From a virus (Duplodnaviria > Caudoviricetes), in the IMG/VR virus record IMGVR_UViG_3300027917_004314: 64,000 nt of DNA; one strand, 5' to 3'. Below are positions 1 to 9,600 of the stretch, piece by piece; the first letter of the stretch is position 1, and each line of letters opens with the position of its first letter. The position numbers and the translations under genes were made by a program. The notes under the pieces are model-generated. The model saw only the letters and a list, made by a program, of their open reading frames with translations. It was not told where the DNA came from and searched no databases.

Positions 1-1227
1 AGCACTGCTACTTTCTATAGCCCATCCGCACAATTTACATCTGAAGATGTTGGTCAAGGCAAAGAGCTTGATTTCCATAATACTGCTACTGATAATGAAG
101 GTAGATGGACAATCAGCGCCATTACAGACGAAAACACAGTGACAATTACCAGAGCATCCGGATTTTTCGTATCGGAAACTAATCTGAAATGGCAGTTGCT
201 GTTGCCTGGTAGTGATTCACAAAGGGTACTATTTACAACCGACCTAGCGTTGGCAGCGACACAGGGACTTAGAGTCTCGTACATTGATGAACGAGACGCC
301 GATTTCTTTGATGCTAACTGGGCAGCAGCCCTTGAGGTCCTAGAAACACAGGATATACAAATTCTTGTGCCGCTGCCAACGCAGACTTTTTCTGCAATCC
401 AGCAATCGTTTAGAGTTCATGTTGAAACAATGTCTACGACATATTATAAACGTGAACGAGTATTGCTCACGGGTGCATTAGAAGGTCTAACAGTTCAACA
501 GGTATTGGGTAACGAGCTAGCAGCACCAGAAGATATAGGTATACTAGAAGGTATCCAGGGAGATGATGCTGAAGAAGTCCTAGATGGAAACATCGAAGAC
601 CTTGCAGATTATGGTGTGGCGACTAATTTTGGCTCCACTTACAGGGTTGTATATTTCTATCCCGATGAGATTATCAGAGTCATCAATGGTACGCGCACAA
701 CAATTCCTGGTTATTACATGGCAGCAGCTGCTGGGGGTTGGTTAAATGGCGAGCCCAACATTGCAATGCCGTTAACTTTTAAGACTCTAGTAGGATTTAC
801 CATTCTTAACGATAATATATTTAAGCAAACAGAACTAGACCTTATGGGAGATGGCGGTATCACGGTTGTACAGCCAGTTACGGGTGGTGGAAGAGTATTG
901 CATGGCAAAACAACCACTCAGAGTGGAAACGCAGAAGAAGAGGAGATTTCTATTGTCTTCATTAGAGACCACATTGCAAGAACAATGCGTCGCAGTTTTC
1001 AGGCATTTATTGGCCAACCAGAAGATCCTACGCTTATACCTTCCATGACGGCAAGAGCAATTGCATTGTTGAATGCATTTGTCTCACAGAATCTGATTAC
1101 TGCTTACAGAAATCTGTCCGTATCTAGAGATGACGTAGAGCCAAGACAATACAATATAGTTCTAGAAGTACAGCCTAACTACCCAGTGAATTGGATCTTC
1201 ATTGACATCTCGGTTGGACTCTTTTAA
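1..1227 (+). CDS. Tail sheath protein (5'-partial, C-terminal domains)
   Basis: Frame 1 is open from base 1 (STATFYSPSAQF...). C-terminus HGKTTTQSG..EEEISIVFIRDHIAR...LLNAFVSQNLI...YNIVLEVQPNYPVNWIFIDISV matches the sheath C-terminal domain pattern. It directly precedes the tube genes. Confidence 0.9.
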   Translation, partial: STATFYSPSAQFTSEDVGQGKELDFHNTATDNEGRWTISAITDENTVTITRASGFFVSETNLKWQLLLPGSDSQRVLFTTDLALAATQGLRVSYIDERDADFFDANWAAALEVLETQDIQILVPLPTQTFSAIQQSFRVHVETMSTTYYKRERVLLTGALEGLTVQQVLGNELAAPEDIGILEGIQGDDAEEVLDGNIEDLADYGVATNFGSTYRVVYFYPDEIIRVINGTRTTIPGYYMAAAAGGWLNGEPNIAMPLTFKTLVGFTILNDNIFKQTELDLMGDGGITVVQPVTGGGRVLHGKTTTQSGNAEEEEISIVFIRDHIARTMRRSFQAFIGQPEDPTLIPSMTARAIALLNAFVSQNLITAYRNLSVSRDDVEPRQYNIVLEVQPNYPVNWIFIDISVGLF

Positions 1228-1249
1228 TCGGGATGATTTATAAACACAA

Positions 1250-1858
1250 ATGACTTATCCAGCCAGCGGAAGTATTCTAAATTCCAAGATCAGCAGTGGA
1301 CTCTCAACACAAATCACAATTAAGGTGGGGAGAGTCACTGTTGGTGCAATCCAACAGCTGGTGGTAAATCAGAATCGCGACATGAATTGTTGGGAAGAGA
1401 TCGGCACGGATGGAGTCGTGGAGATGCATCCAAAAGGTGCAGCACGTATAGAATTGCAAGTGACTAGAATAGTATTCGACGATCTTAGACTCCCAGAAGC
1501 ATTTGCAAGAGGATTTATAAATTTGCAGGCGCAGAGGATTCCGTTTGACATCCAACTGATTGATAGATCAAGCTCAAGCGTAAGCTCTAATGCAATTGTA
1601 CATATTTTTAATAATTGCTGGATTAGTACATATAGCCCTACGTTTAGGGCTGACAATTTTTTGATTTCAGAAAATGCCACCATATTAAGTGAGTATATCA
1701 CCTCAAATCGCGATGCCGAAAGCGCTGTGTATGGCGGCATAAGAGGAATTCCTTATGAGCGCGATAGCATAGAAAGATCTACCGATGTTAATGGACAGAG
1801 AGGAAGATTGGAGCCGACTGGTTTAGGCTCCGCAATAGGTGGAAACCTAAGAGATTAA
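1250..1858 (+). CDS. Tail tube protein, paralog 1
   Basis: About 200 aa after the sheath; TQITIKVG..TVGAIQ..., WEEIG, TRIVFD, FDIQLID, FNNCWI pattern typical of contractile tube proteins. Confidence 0.8.
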   Translation: MTYPASGSILNSKISSGLSTQITIKVGRVTVGAIQQLVVNQNRDMNCWEEIGTDGVVEMHPKGAARIELQVTRIVFDDLRLPEAFARGFINLQAQRIPFDIQLIDRSSSSVSSNAIVHIFNNCWISTYSPTFRADNFLISENATILSEYITSNRDAESAVYGGIRGIPYERDSIERSTDVNGQRGRLEPTGLGSAIGGNLRD

Positions 1859-1888
1859 TAGCCACATACTATTGGAGGTTTTAAAACG

Positions 1889-2521
1889 ATGGCATATCCT
1901 TTGACTGGCAGCACTTTAAATAGTACCATAAGTACTGGTCTATCTACCCAAATTTTAATTAAGGTAGAGAACGTGACCGTTGGTGCCATCCAGAATATTA
2001 CTGTTAATCATACTAGAGATCTGGAAAGGGTCCGAGAAGTTGGTCTTGATGGCGTACTAGAAATTGTGCCAAGGGCTCCAACACAATACGAAGCAACCGT
2101 GACTCGTATCGTATTTGACAGATTGCGCTTGCCGGAAGCCTTTGCTAGAGCATTTATTAATATTAAATCGCAGCTTCTGGCATTCGACATTGAGATTATT
2201 GACCGCACCAACGGGGATGGAGAGGGAGCAATAGTACACAGACTGTCAAACTGTTGGTTTAACAGATATAGTCCGCGATACCAAGCTGATAATTTCATCA
2301 TCCAGGAAGATGCAACTTTGTGGATTGAAGATATCAGCACAACTCTAGGAACTTCGCAGGCTAGCGCCGTAACAGGTGGTGCACGTGGTGTTCCATATGT
2401 CAAGGATAATCTTGGCAGAGAACAACAGACTGATTCTGGGGCTGGCGGAGATGCCGCTGGCGGCGGATTCAGAGGCACTATGGATGTTTCTGGTATTATT
2501 ACGGCTGCAGCTGAGGAATAA
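1889..2521 (+). CDS. Tail tube protein, paralog 2
   Basis: Clear paralog of 1250-1858 (shared GLSTQI.IKV..VTVGAIQ, TRIVFD.LRLPEAFAR.FIN, NCW, ADNF.I.E.AT); GGAGG RBS upstream. Confidence 0.8.
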   Translation: MAYPLTGSTLNSTISTGLSTQILIKVENVTVGAIQNITVNHTRDLERVREVGLDGVLEIVPRAPTQYEATVTRIVFDRLRLPEAFARAFINIKSQLLAFDIEIIDRTNGDGEGAIVHRLSNCWFNRYSPRYQADNFIIQEDATLWIEDISTTLGTSQASAVTGGARGVPYVKDNLGREQQTDSGAGGDAAGGGFRGTMDVSGIITAAAEE

Positions 2522-2537
2522 TAATCATAAATTTATT

Positions 2538-2563
2538 GACGGGGACAAATGTCCCCGTCTTTT
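2538..2563 (+). terminator. Rho-independent terminator after sheath-tube-tube
   Basis: Perfect inverted repeat GACGGGGAC-AAAT-GTCCCCGTC followed by TTTT, 16 nt after the tube-2 stop. Confidence 0.75.
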
Positions 2564-2662
2564 CCCCCCCTTCTATTTCTGCAGAATGGAAAACAATACT
2601 AACTTCTTACAATCCATAATAATTTAACCACGCCCTTATGGGGTATTAGTAGAGGTGTATAA

Positions 2663-3130
2663 ATGGTAGAAATGAAACATAAAGTGTTGGGGACTGTGGG
2701 CGCCCCAAAAGAACAAGAAAAAAAGCCTGAGCTTCCGGCCATGACTGATATCGATCTCAAGTCTCTAATTGAACTTGGTTGTGTTAGAGACTCAGTTCAG
2801 ATAGGCAACTTATCATTTACTATGAGATCTTTAAATGCGGCGGAAAAATTATTGCTGGCAGATTTAACTGCGCCAGATAAAACTGATGCAGAGTTATTTG
2901 CGTTTAATGCCAAAATGCTAGCCATATCAATTGAATCAGTAAATGGTAAGCCGTTTGAATCGCTGCACCCGAGCTACGCACCAAAAATGTCAGAATCGGA
3001 AAAAACAGACATAAAGGTTGATCTTATTAGTGCAATGCAAACTCCGGCTATTGCCATGTTGCTCGAGTTTTATCAAACTATAAGTGATAGGTGTGAGGCT
3101 CAATTTACTGTCGAACAAGTAAAAAACTAG
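2663..3130 (+). CDS. Tail assembly chaperone (lambda gpG-equivalent)
   Basis: 155 aa between tube and tape measure genes; ends in slippery GTA AAA AAC TAG. Confidence 0.75.
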   Translation: MVEMKHKVLGTVGAPKEQEKKPELPAMTDIDLKSLIELGCVRDSVQIGNLSFTMRSLNAAEKLLLADLTAPDKTDAELFAFNAKMLAISIESVNGKPFESLHPSYAPKMSESEKTDIKVDLISAMQTPAIAMLLEFYQTISDRCEAQFTVEQVKN

Positions 3131-3154
3131 CAGAGGAGCCTGGGCATCGGCTCC
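3121..3154 (+). other. Programmed -1 ribosomal frameshift signal (A AAA AAC + hairpin)
   Basis: Heptamer A-AAA-AAC at 3121-3127, 7-nt spacer, stem GGAGCC(3135-3140)/GGCTCC(3149-3154). The -1 frame is open (KLAEEPGHRLRWKL) straight into ORF 3163-3546. Confidence 0.85.
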
Positions 3155-3162
3155 GCTGGAAA

Positions 3163-3546
3163 TTGTGCAAATTATTTAAGCTACCTGTAGATCACGAGAA
3201 ATTAAACACTATAAATGATGCTCAACTGGCTTGGTACCAGTTACAAGGAATGTTGGACGATAAAGATAATTTTGAGTTGTTAAGAGATGTGGCCGAACAT
3301 AATGCTATGTTCTTGAACCCTGATGGAGTAAAACAAATTAGGGAGGCACGAGACAACTCATATGAAGTTTCAGAAGAGGATTTTGATACACTGTTAACGG
3401 AAGCTTTTGGCCGCCCATTGCCAAAAGTAAGTGAAGACGATAAGAAGAGCCTCGCGGATTTAATGTGTGAAGCTCAAGGAATTGCAGATGTTAAGCCATA
3501 CTTGGACATAGAGCTAGATGAAGTAACTTTTACCCCGTTTGAATGA
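3163..3546 (+). CDS. C-terminal part of frameshifted tail chaperone (gpGT/gpT-equivalent)
   Basis: Only a TTG start with no good RBS; in the -1 frame of the upstream chaperone; immediately precedes the tape measure gene. Confidence 0.75.
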   Translation: MCKLFKLPVDHEKLNTINDAQLAWYQLQGMLDDKDNFELLRDVAEHNAMFLNPDGVKQIREARDNSYEVSEEDFDTLLTEAFGRPLPKVSEDDKKSLADLMCEAQGIADVKPYLDIELDEVTFTPFE

Positions 3547-3561
3547 GAGGTGTCATGACAT

Positions 3562-5799
3562 ATGGCCGATGAAACCCTCCTTGCTGATCCAAATATAATT
3601 GATCGCATAAATAAAACCAAAGAAGCAATTGCTGAACTTGCAGAAAAAGAGAAAAATCTGATTACCGAATTTGGTAGATTAGATGATAGGACGCGTGCGG
3701 TAACAAATCGTCTTATGGATATGCAAAAAGCCCTTCAAGATTTAATTGCTTCTTTGCCACCTTCTCAAAGGGGAATAATTAGTTTACAAAACGAAATACA
3801 GAAGTTATCCGCTGGATTTGATGATAGCACCAAATCAGTATTTGGTTTTGTTGAATCAATAGGTGGTGCAATACTAAACAATGCTAAGGAGCTTGGTAAA
3901 GTATTTGCACTTTCTGGTAAGGAAGTGCGCGGTTTTGTAGATCCCCTGGGTGAAGCAAGATTGCTCTCTAGTGAAAACACAACAGTGCTTGGCGGCCTGC
4001 AACAAGCAATGAGCAGGTTATTAGCCGCACAGCGCAGTTCAAGAGTTGCTTTTACACGATTGGGTTTAAGCATTAGAGACGCAAATCGATTTAGTGAACA
4101 GTATCCGCAATCGTTAAGGGCCATGTCAGCAGGGTTTTCTTTGTCTACGAAGAGCCTTGATGAAATGGTGAAGAAGATGAGCGGTGTGCCACCAATTTTA
4201 ACCAGCAACGAAGCAGGTTTGCGTGGGGTAAATAACCTGCAATCAGTAATGGTAAGATCTACTGCTGAACTAGCCACTACTATGGCTGCTTTTGGTAAAT
4301 CTGCCCAAGATGCAGCCGATTTTGGTGTTAGGGCATGGTTTGATTTTAACCAAACAACTAAAGAAACAACCAGATTGATGGAACTTGTGAATCAAACTGC
4401 CGTGCAAAACAATGTGGACCTTGGAAAAGCATCAGAACAAATAGCTAGGGCCAGTCAAAGTATGGGCATATTTGGTGGTAAAATTACTGCCTCTGCCAGA
4501 ATCTGGCACACTTTTATGGGTTCTCTAAGAGAATCAGGGGTTCCAATTAATGCCATTGGCAGTATGGTTGCCGATTTAACAGACAAAATGGCTTCTATGA
4601 CCACTCAAAACAGGGCTTTTATCGGTTTAATGAGCGGAATGGCTCGCGGTAGAACTGCTCTTGGCGGTGCTCTACAAATGGAAGTAAATATGAGAACGCC
4701 AGGTGGTCTTGAAAAGAATTTAGAGGCCATGACTAGTACGTTATCTAGATTTGGCGGCGGCCGCGTAATTACTTTAGAACAAGCAGCTAGAAGCCCTCAG
4801 CTTGAGATGCAGTTTGTTTTGCAGAGACAAATGCTTGGCAAACTGACTGGTATCACTACCGCTGAACAACAAAATAGAATCTTAGAAACGTTGGAAAAAG
4901 TACAGCGGGGTGGAATTTCACGTATACAAGGATCTAGAGAAATTCAATCTGCCATGGAGAAAGGTAAAAACATACAGGAAAGAACACTTACTGCGATGGA
5001 AAGGATTGATTTGACCGTTAGGGGGATAATAGGCGGCAAACTAGATAAGCTTATCAGTGCTGTTAATGAAACTTTTACGGGTGAAGGTGTTGGTGAAAGA
5101 GGCAGAATACAAGAGCGCGGTGGCTTACAAACATTACAAAGAGCAATGACGATGGAACCTGGTCCTGCTAGACAAAACCTGCTGCGTGCTGGATTACAAG
5201 GTATATTTTCACAACTAAGAAACATAGGGCCGAATGTGCGTAGGGCCGATGTACCAGCACCAGGTGAGGCCACAGTGTCAGAAATTTTTAGAGATGTGCG
5301 CAGAGCCGCCGAAGCTGGGCGTTATGGTGGCGCTCCGCCAGAAATGCCGGTACCAAGAGAAGTTACTAGGCCACCAACATCTCCATTTTTGGCGGCTACG
5401 CCAGGAAGAAGGGGAACTGCAGCACTGCCTAGATTTAGAGCAATAATTCCTCCCGCTGGGCCAGAACAAAGGGTAGCACAACAAGGAAGTGTGGCCAGAA
5501 TACTGTCAGAAGCTTTGAGTCCACTAAGAAGAACGGCTGGGCCCGACATAGGGAGAATGATAGAAGCTATTGGTCCGACAAGACCTGTTGCTGCTCCACC
5601 AGAAAAAAGAACTCCAGAAGTGACACCTGCTGCAGTTACAAGAGGCGCTGGCGGAGAGTATAACATTAACGTACGGGTTAGCAGTGATGTTCCTTTAGGT
5701 CAAGCCGGTATGGACAACTTTATTGAAAAACTAGCAGATGTTATAAAAAAAGACATGGAAAGTTTTTCAATATCTTCTATACTAGGACATAGTGATTAA
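3562..5799 (+). CDS. Tape measure protein
   Basis: 745 aa, largely helical Ala/Gln/Met-rich with N-terminal coiled coil, canonical position after the chaperone pair; Pro/Arg-rich C-terminal quarter. Confidence 0.8.
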   Translation: MADETLLADPNIIDRINKTKEAIAELAEKEKNLITEFGRLDDRTRAVTNRLMDMQKALQDLIASLPPSQRGIISLQNEIQKLSAGFDDSTKSVFGFVESIGGAILNNAKELGKVFALSGKEVRGFVDPLGEARLLSSENTTVLGGLQQAMSRLLAAQRSSRVAFTRLGLSIRDANRFSEQYPQSLRAMSAGFSLSTKSLDEMVKKMSGVPPILTSNEAGLRGVNNLQSVMVRSTAELATTMAAFGKSAQDAADFGVRAWFDFNQTTKETTRLMELVNQTAVQNNVDLGKASEQIARASQSMGIFGGKITASARIWHTFMGSLRESGVPINAIGSMVADLTDKMASMTTQNRAFIGLMSGMARGRTALGGALQMEVNMRTPGGLEKNLEAMTSTLSRFGGGRVITLEQAARSPQLEMQFVLQRQMLGKLTGITTAEQQNRILETLEKVQRGGISRIQGSREIQSAMEKGKNIQERTLTAMERIDLTVRGIIGGKLDKLISAVNETFTGEGVGERGRIQERGGLQTLQRAMTMEPGPARQNLLRAGLQGIFSQLRNIGPNVRRADVPAPGEATVSEIFRDVRRAAEAGRYGGAPPEMPVPREVTRPPTSPFLAATPGRRGTAALPRFRAIIPPAGPEQRVAQQGSVARILSEALSPLRRTAGPDIGRMIEAIGPTRPVAAPPEKRTPEVTPAAVTRGAGGEYNINVRVSSDVPLGQAGMDNFIEKLADVIKKDMESFSISSILGHSD

Positions 5800-5819
5800 A
5801 TATTGGAGTGTACACAAAT

Positions 5820-6602
5820 ATGGCGAGTGAACATATCACTAGAGAAGGTAATCTGCAATCTCCAGATATAATTGCCGAAAACCCGCAGCAGCCTAAGGGT
5901 GCGCGTATTCGCCAACTTATCCGATGGCGTGTTCCGGGATTAGGATTTGTAGATATGTATATTAACCCACAAAATATGGACATTACGGAAAAGAAAGTGA
6001 TACAGAAGCAGCGTACGAAAGGTGGATATATTGTTCAGTACTGGGGAGAAGAACTGATGACAATCCGTATGTCTGGATCAACAGGAGCGTCTGGGATTGA
6101 AGGTATAAATGTTTTACGTAAAGTATATAGAGCTGAACAAGATTCTTTCTTACAAGTGGCGCAGAGCTTAGCAGACAGAGTGAACTCATACACTGCTGGT
6201 GGCAACATCGCAAATATTATTGCCCAGGGGGCTGGCCAATCAGCCAAAGATTTGTCTGGCAGTATCAGCGGCGGTCTAATCACCGGTCTATTAGGCGGTG
6301 GCTCTAGTCCATCGTTGTTGCCAACTTTGGGTTCACTAGCGGTATCTGTAGAGTTATTCTATCAGGGATGGGTGTTCAAAGGATTTTTTGAAGAGTTTAC
6401 TGTTAGTGAAAATGTAGCCAATGGGCCGGGCGTGTTTAATTATAACCTAAGTTTTACTGTCCTAGACAGAAGAGGAGTTAGAAGTAACTTTATGCCTTGG
6501 CATCGTGACCCGACAGAAAAGGACCAATCAGGTAATCCAGTTGGATATAGGAAATCTGATGCAAAATCTACTCCAATGAGTTTTGGTGATATTGAGGAAT
6601 AA
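5820..6602 (+). CDS. Tail tube initiator / baseplate-proximal tube-fold protein
   Basis: MYINPQNMDITEKK..QRTKGGYIVQYWGEEL.TIRMSG and FKGFFEEFTVSE...FNYNLSFTV resemble tube-initiator proteins. ORF track starts at 5808 GTG; ATG at 5820 follows GGAG. Confidence 0.65.
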   Translation: MASEHITREGNLQSPDIIAENPQQPKGARIRQLIRWRVPGLGFVDMYINPQNMDITEKKVIQKQRTKGGYIVQYWGEELMTIRMSGSTGASGIEGINVLRKVYRAEQDSFLQVAQSLADRVNSYTAGGNIANIIAQGAGQSAKDLSGSISGGLITGLLGGGSSPSLLPTLGSLAVSVELFYQGWVFKGFFEEFTVSENVANGPGVFNYNLSFTVLDRRGVRSNFMPWHRDPTEKDQSGNPVGYRKSDAKSTPMSFGDIEE

Positions 6603-9600
6603 TGTCTATTATTTTATCAAGTCAGGCAAATGTATCTACCGATGATGGTTTAAATATCCTTGGAGATTTTGGTAAATCTATAGGAATCCCGGGATTCCCG
6701 GAGCCACCAAATTTAAATAGCCCAGTTGCTAGCGGTTTAGAATCTTTAAAAAACGCTGCCAATGACGTATTGAATAAACTTCTTGGAAAAACAAACCAGG
6801 AGGCATGGGATTTAAATTTTGTTGAAAGTGGTAAACAAAGAATAGCAGGCGGAAATGTACAGGGAGGAAAAGTCCCGCCACTAGAAGAGGCAAATATAAG
6901 GCAGGTATATAGCCAAAGTCCGCACGTAAGCGTGATAATCAAAAAGCGTGCCTTTTCTTCTTTAAAAAATTTATACAATCCAATCTTTATGGATCCATCA
7001 GAGCAGTGGTTGTTTCGTGCCACCAAAAGACTGATTTCCAATAAGTGCGCTGAAATAGCCGATTATGAGAGGCTCACTAAGATATTGGAACTAGATGAGC
7101 TTGGCGCCAGCCCAGGTACCATTATTGCATCACTTGTGTCCAGTCTGGCAGAAAACACTGGTATTACTACAGCATTTACCTCTGCCATGCATTTGCAGAA
7201 GGCCGCATATGATAAACAACCACCAAAACTCACTACATATTTTGTTGACCACGACCTACCGGTGCTTGAAGAGCTAGGTGCCGGCAACGGCATATTTGAG
7301 ATCACCATGGTATCGGATGTCAACACCAGCTTGAGTTTAGACGGTTCAGGTGCCTGTAATTTCAATATAGAAGATCCATATCGCATATTGTTTATCACTG
7401 AGCAAGACATAGAATCTGCCCTACAGCAGACAGCTTTATCTAAATTTGTCGATGTTGTGAGCAACACTGCTTCTGCAGCACTAGAAAATGCGCAGATAAG
7501 GGATTCATTGCTCAGTAAAGCTAGAAAAGAAAGAGGTAAAAGCGAAATAAGCTTCACCGCAAACGTAGGTGGGGGGTTAGATATCGTTGCCGTCATAGAC
7601 GCCATCGGTTTTCAGATTACTCCGGATAATCTGAGTGATGTGCCTGAAACTCACGCCCTTGATACAAATGAAGAAGAGCTTTTCGAAGGTGTATACGAGT
7701 CTTTGAAAACATATCAGGCCGCAATGAAAAAGAATCTTTTGAACGGACTGAGCAATATTCTTAACTCGGGTGCTAAGATAAGAAGCCAGATGGAATATGC
7801 TCGCAAGAAAATGAGGTTATTCTATTTGGGGAAGTCTATTATACAACCTATGGACGCTGTACATATCCTCATGGATAGTGGAACCAGGCGACTTGGAGAA
7901 GGTGACAATGTTTCAATAGATAAGAACCAAAATATACTTACTGCAGAGGGACGCATCAGCCTTGCTAACGACGTATTAGGACTGGGCGATGACGCGATTA
8001 TAGATGATGATCTTCTCAAAATGGAATGGGAAAGAGAGGGTCAGCACATGCGGTTTACAGATTTCAAAAAATTGCGCATGATGCAATCTAGCGGTGAGGG
8101 CGGCACGCATGTATTCGGCGGATTAGTTAACACAGTAACTGATAGATATGATGCTAATTCTGGCAAATTTGTACTTTCAGTGGCATGCAACTCAAATATG
8201 GAATGGTTAAAAATTTCAAAGTATAATCAGCAACCATCATTGGATCAAACACAGGGCATAGTTTATGACCCGCTGACCCCGTTTGATTATGAAACGGATC
8301 CTGCTACTGGTCTTCCGACAGGGAAACCAAAACTCAGTGACGCGAATGTGATAGCTGGTACGTGTAAAAGGTATTTTGATAATGGGCCAAGAATTGGCAC
8401 TACGCTTGAAACGATAGAAGATATGGAGCAAGATGTCAGAAGGTTGGGTGGGAATGTAATTACACTATATCAACACGCACCAGGTTTGCTCTATAAGTGG
8501 AAAGAAGGCATCCAAACTGCCACATATAATCTCTCGACTGTGGATCCGCTTGACGGATCTCTAGTGGACGGCAAACAGTTAAGAAGAGATGTGGGCTTCT
8601 TCGCATCTAACACTCCGTTTGACAACCTTGATGCGGCTAATATTATCAGCCTGTTAGTTACAGGATTTCCGTATGATCCTGCAAAATTTGTGCAATCCGC
8701 GATTAATAATGGGTCGTTTAACATAGATACGACCCTGAATAGCACGAAACATTATTTTCATACCTTTTTGGACGTGCAAAGGTCCCTTAATTTTGTGCAT
8801 GGCGGTTTTGTACCATTTAAAACTCTCACCAGCAGCCCGGCCGCATTGGCAAAAGCAATAAACCTACAACAACAATTAACCGACAGATCTTCTAGACTGT
8901 CTCAATTACGCACTCAATTAGCAGCTAGTTCAGACAAAATTTCTCAACTAAAAGAAATGAAGCAGGCAGACCAGCGACTTATGGATGCTTTAGATAAGAA
9001 ATTTGGTGAAACTAGTAGAACTTTGGATGAACTTGAAAATGAAATTATGGGCTTTAAGGAAAGTGCCGAATGGCTAAAGGGCGGCGTACTAGAGGTGGCC
9101 GGCAACGATATTTCATTTGATTTAACTGGCGGCGCAGACAATTTTAAGTTGTTTTCTGATAGACTTACACATGCGTCCTTGAGAAGGAGAGAGCAAATAG
9201 TAAACGGCCGGGACACGAATTTTCTGATCGTTTCGGATGAATACGACAAAGATTACGATATACAATCCTTTATATTGAAACTAAAAGAGCAGGCTCCAAG
9301 CTTTTGGAAATCTACTTATATGTCGGTATATCAAATGTGTCAAGAAGTGGCAAAGATATTGAACTTCGAGTTGTTCTGTAATAGTCAGGGTCATATTGAA
9401 TTTAGGCCACCACAATATAATAGAACTCCAGTCTCTGTATTCAATCAGATGGTTACATTAAGTAAAACATCTGGAATTAAAATTTTTCCGGATTTTCTTG
9501 CCAGTTTGTACCAAAGCAGAGAGCAAAGTCTAACTAACGACATTATTGTATTAGAGTGGGAGATACGTCTTAAAGCAGCGTTGCTTGGGAAAAAGACACT

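Noticed and set aside
1236-2665. T4-like late promoters (TATAAATA) before tube and chaperone genes
   Set aside because: Only partial TATAAA matches, which are expected by chance in AT-rich spacers.
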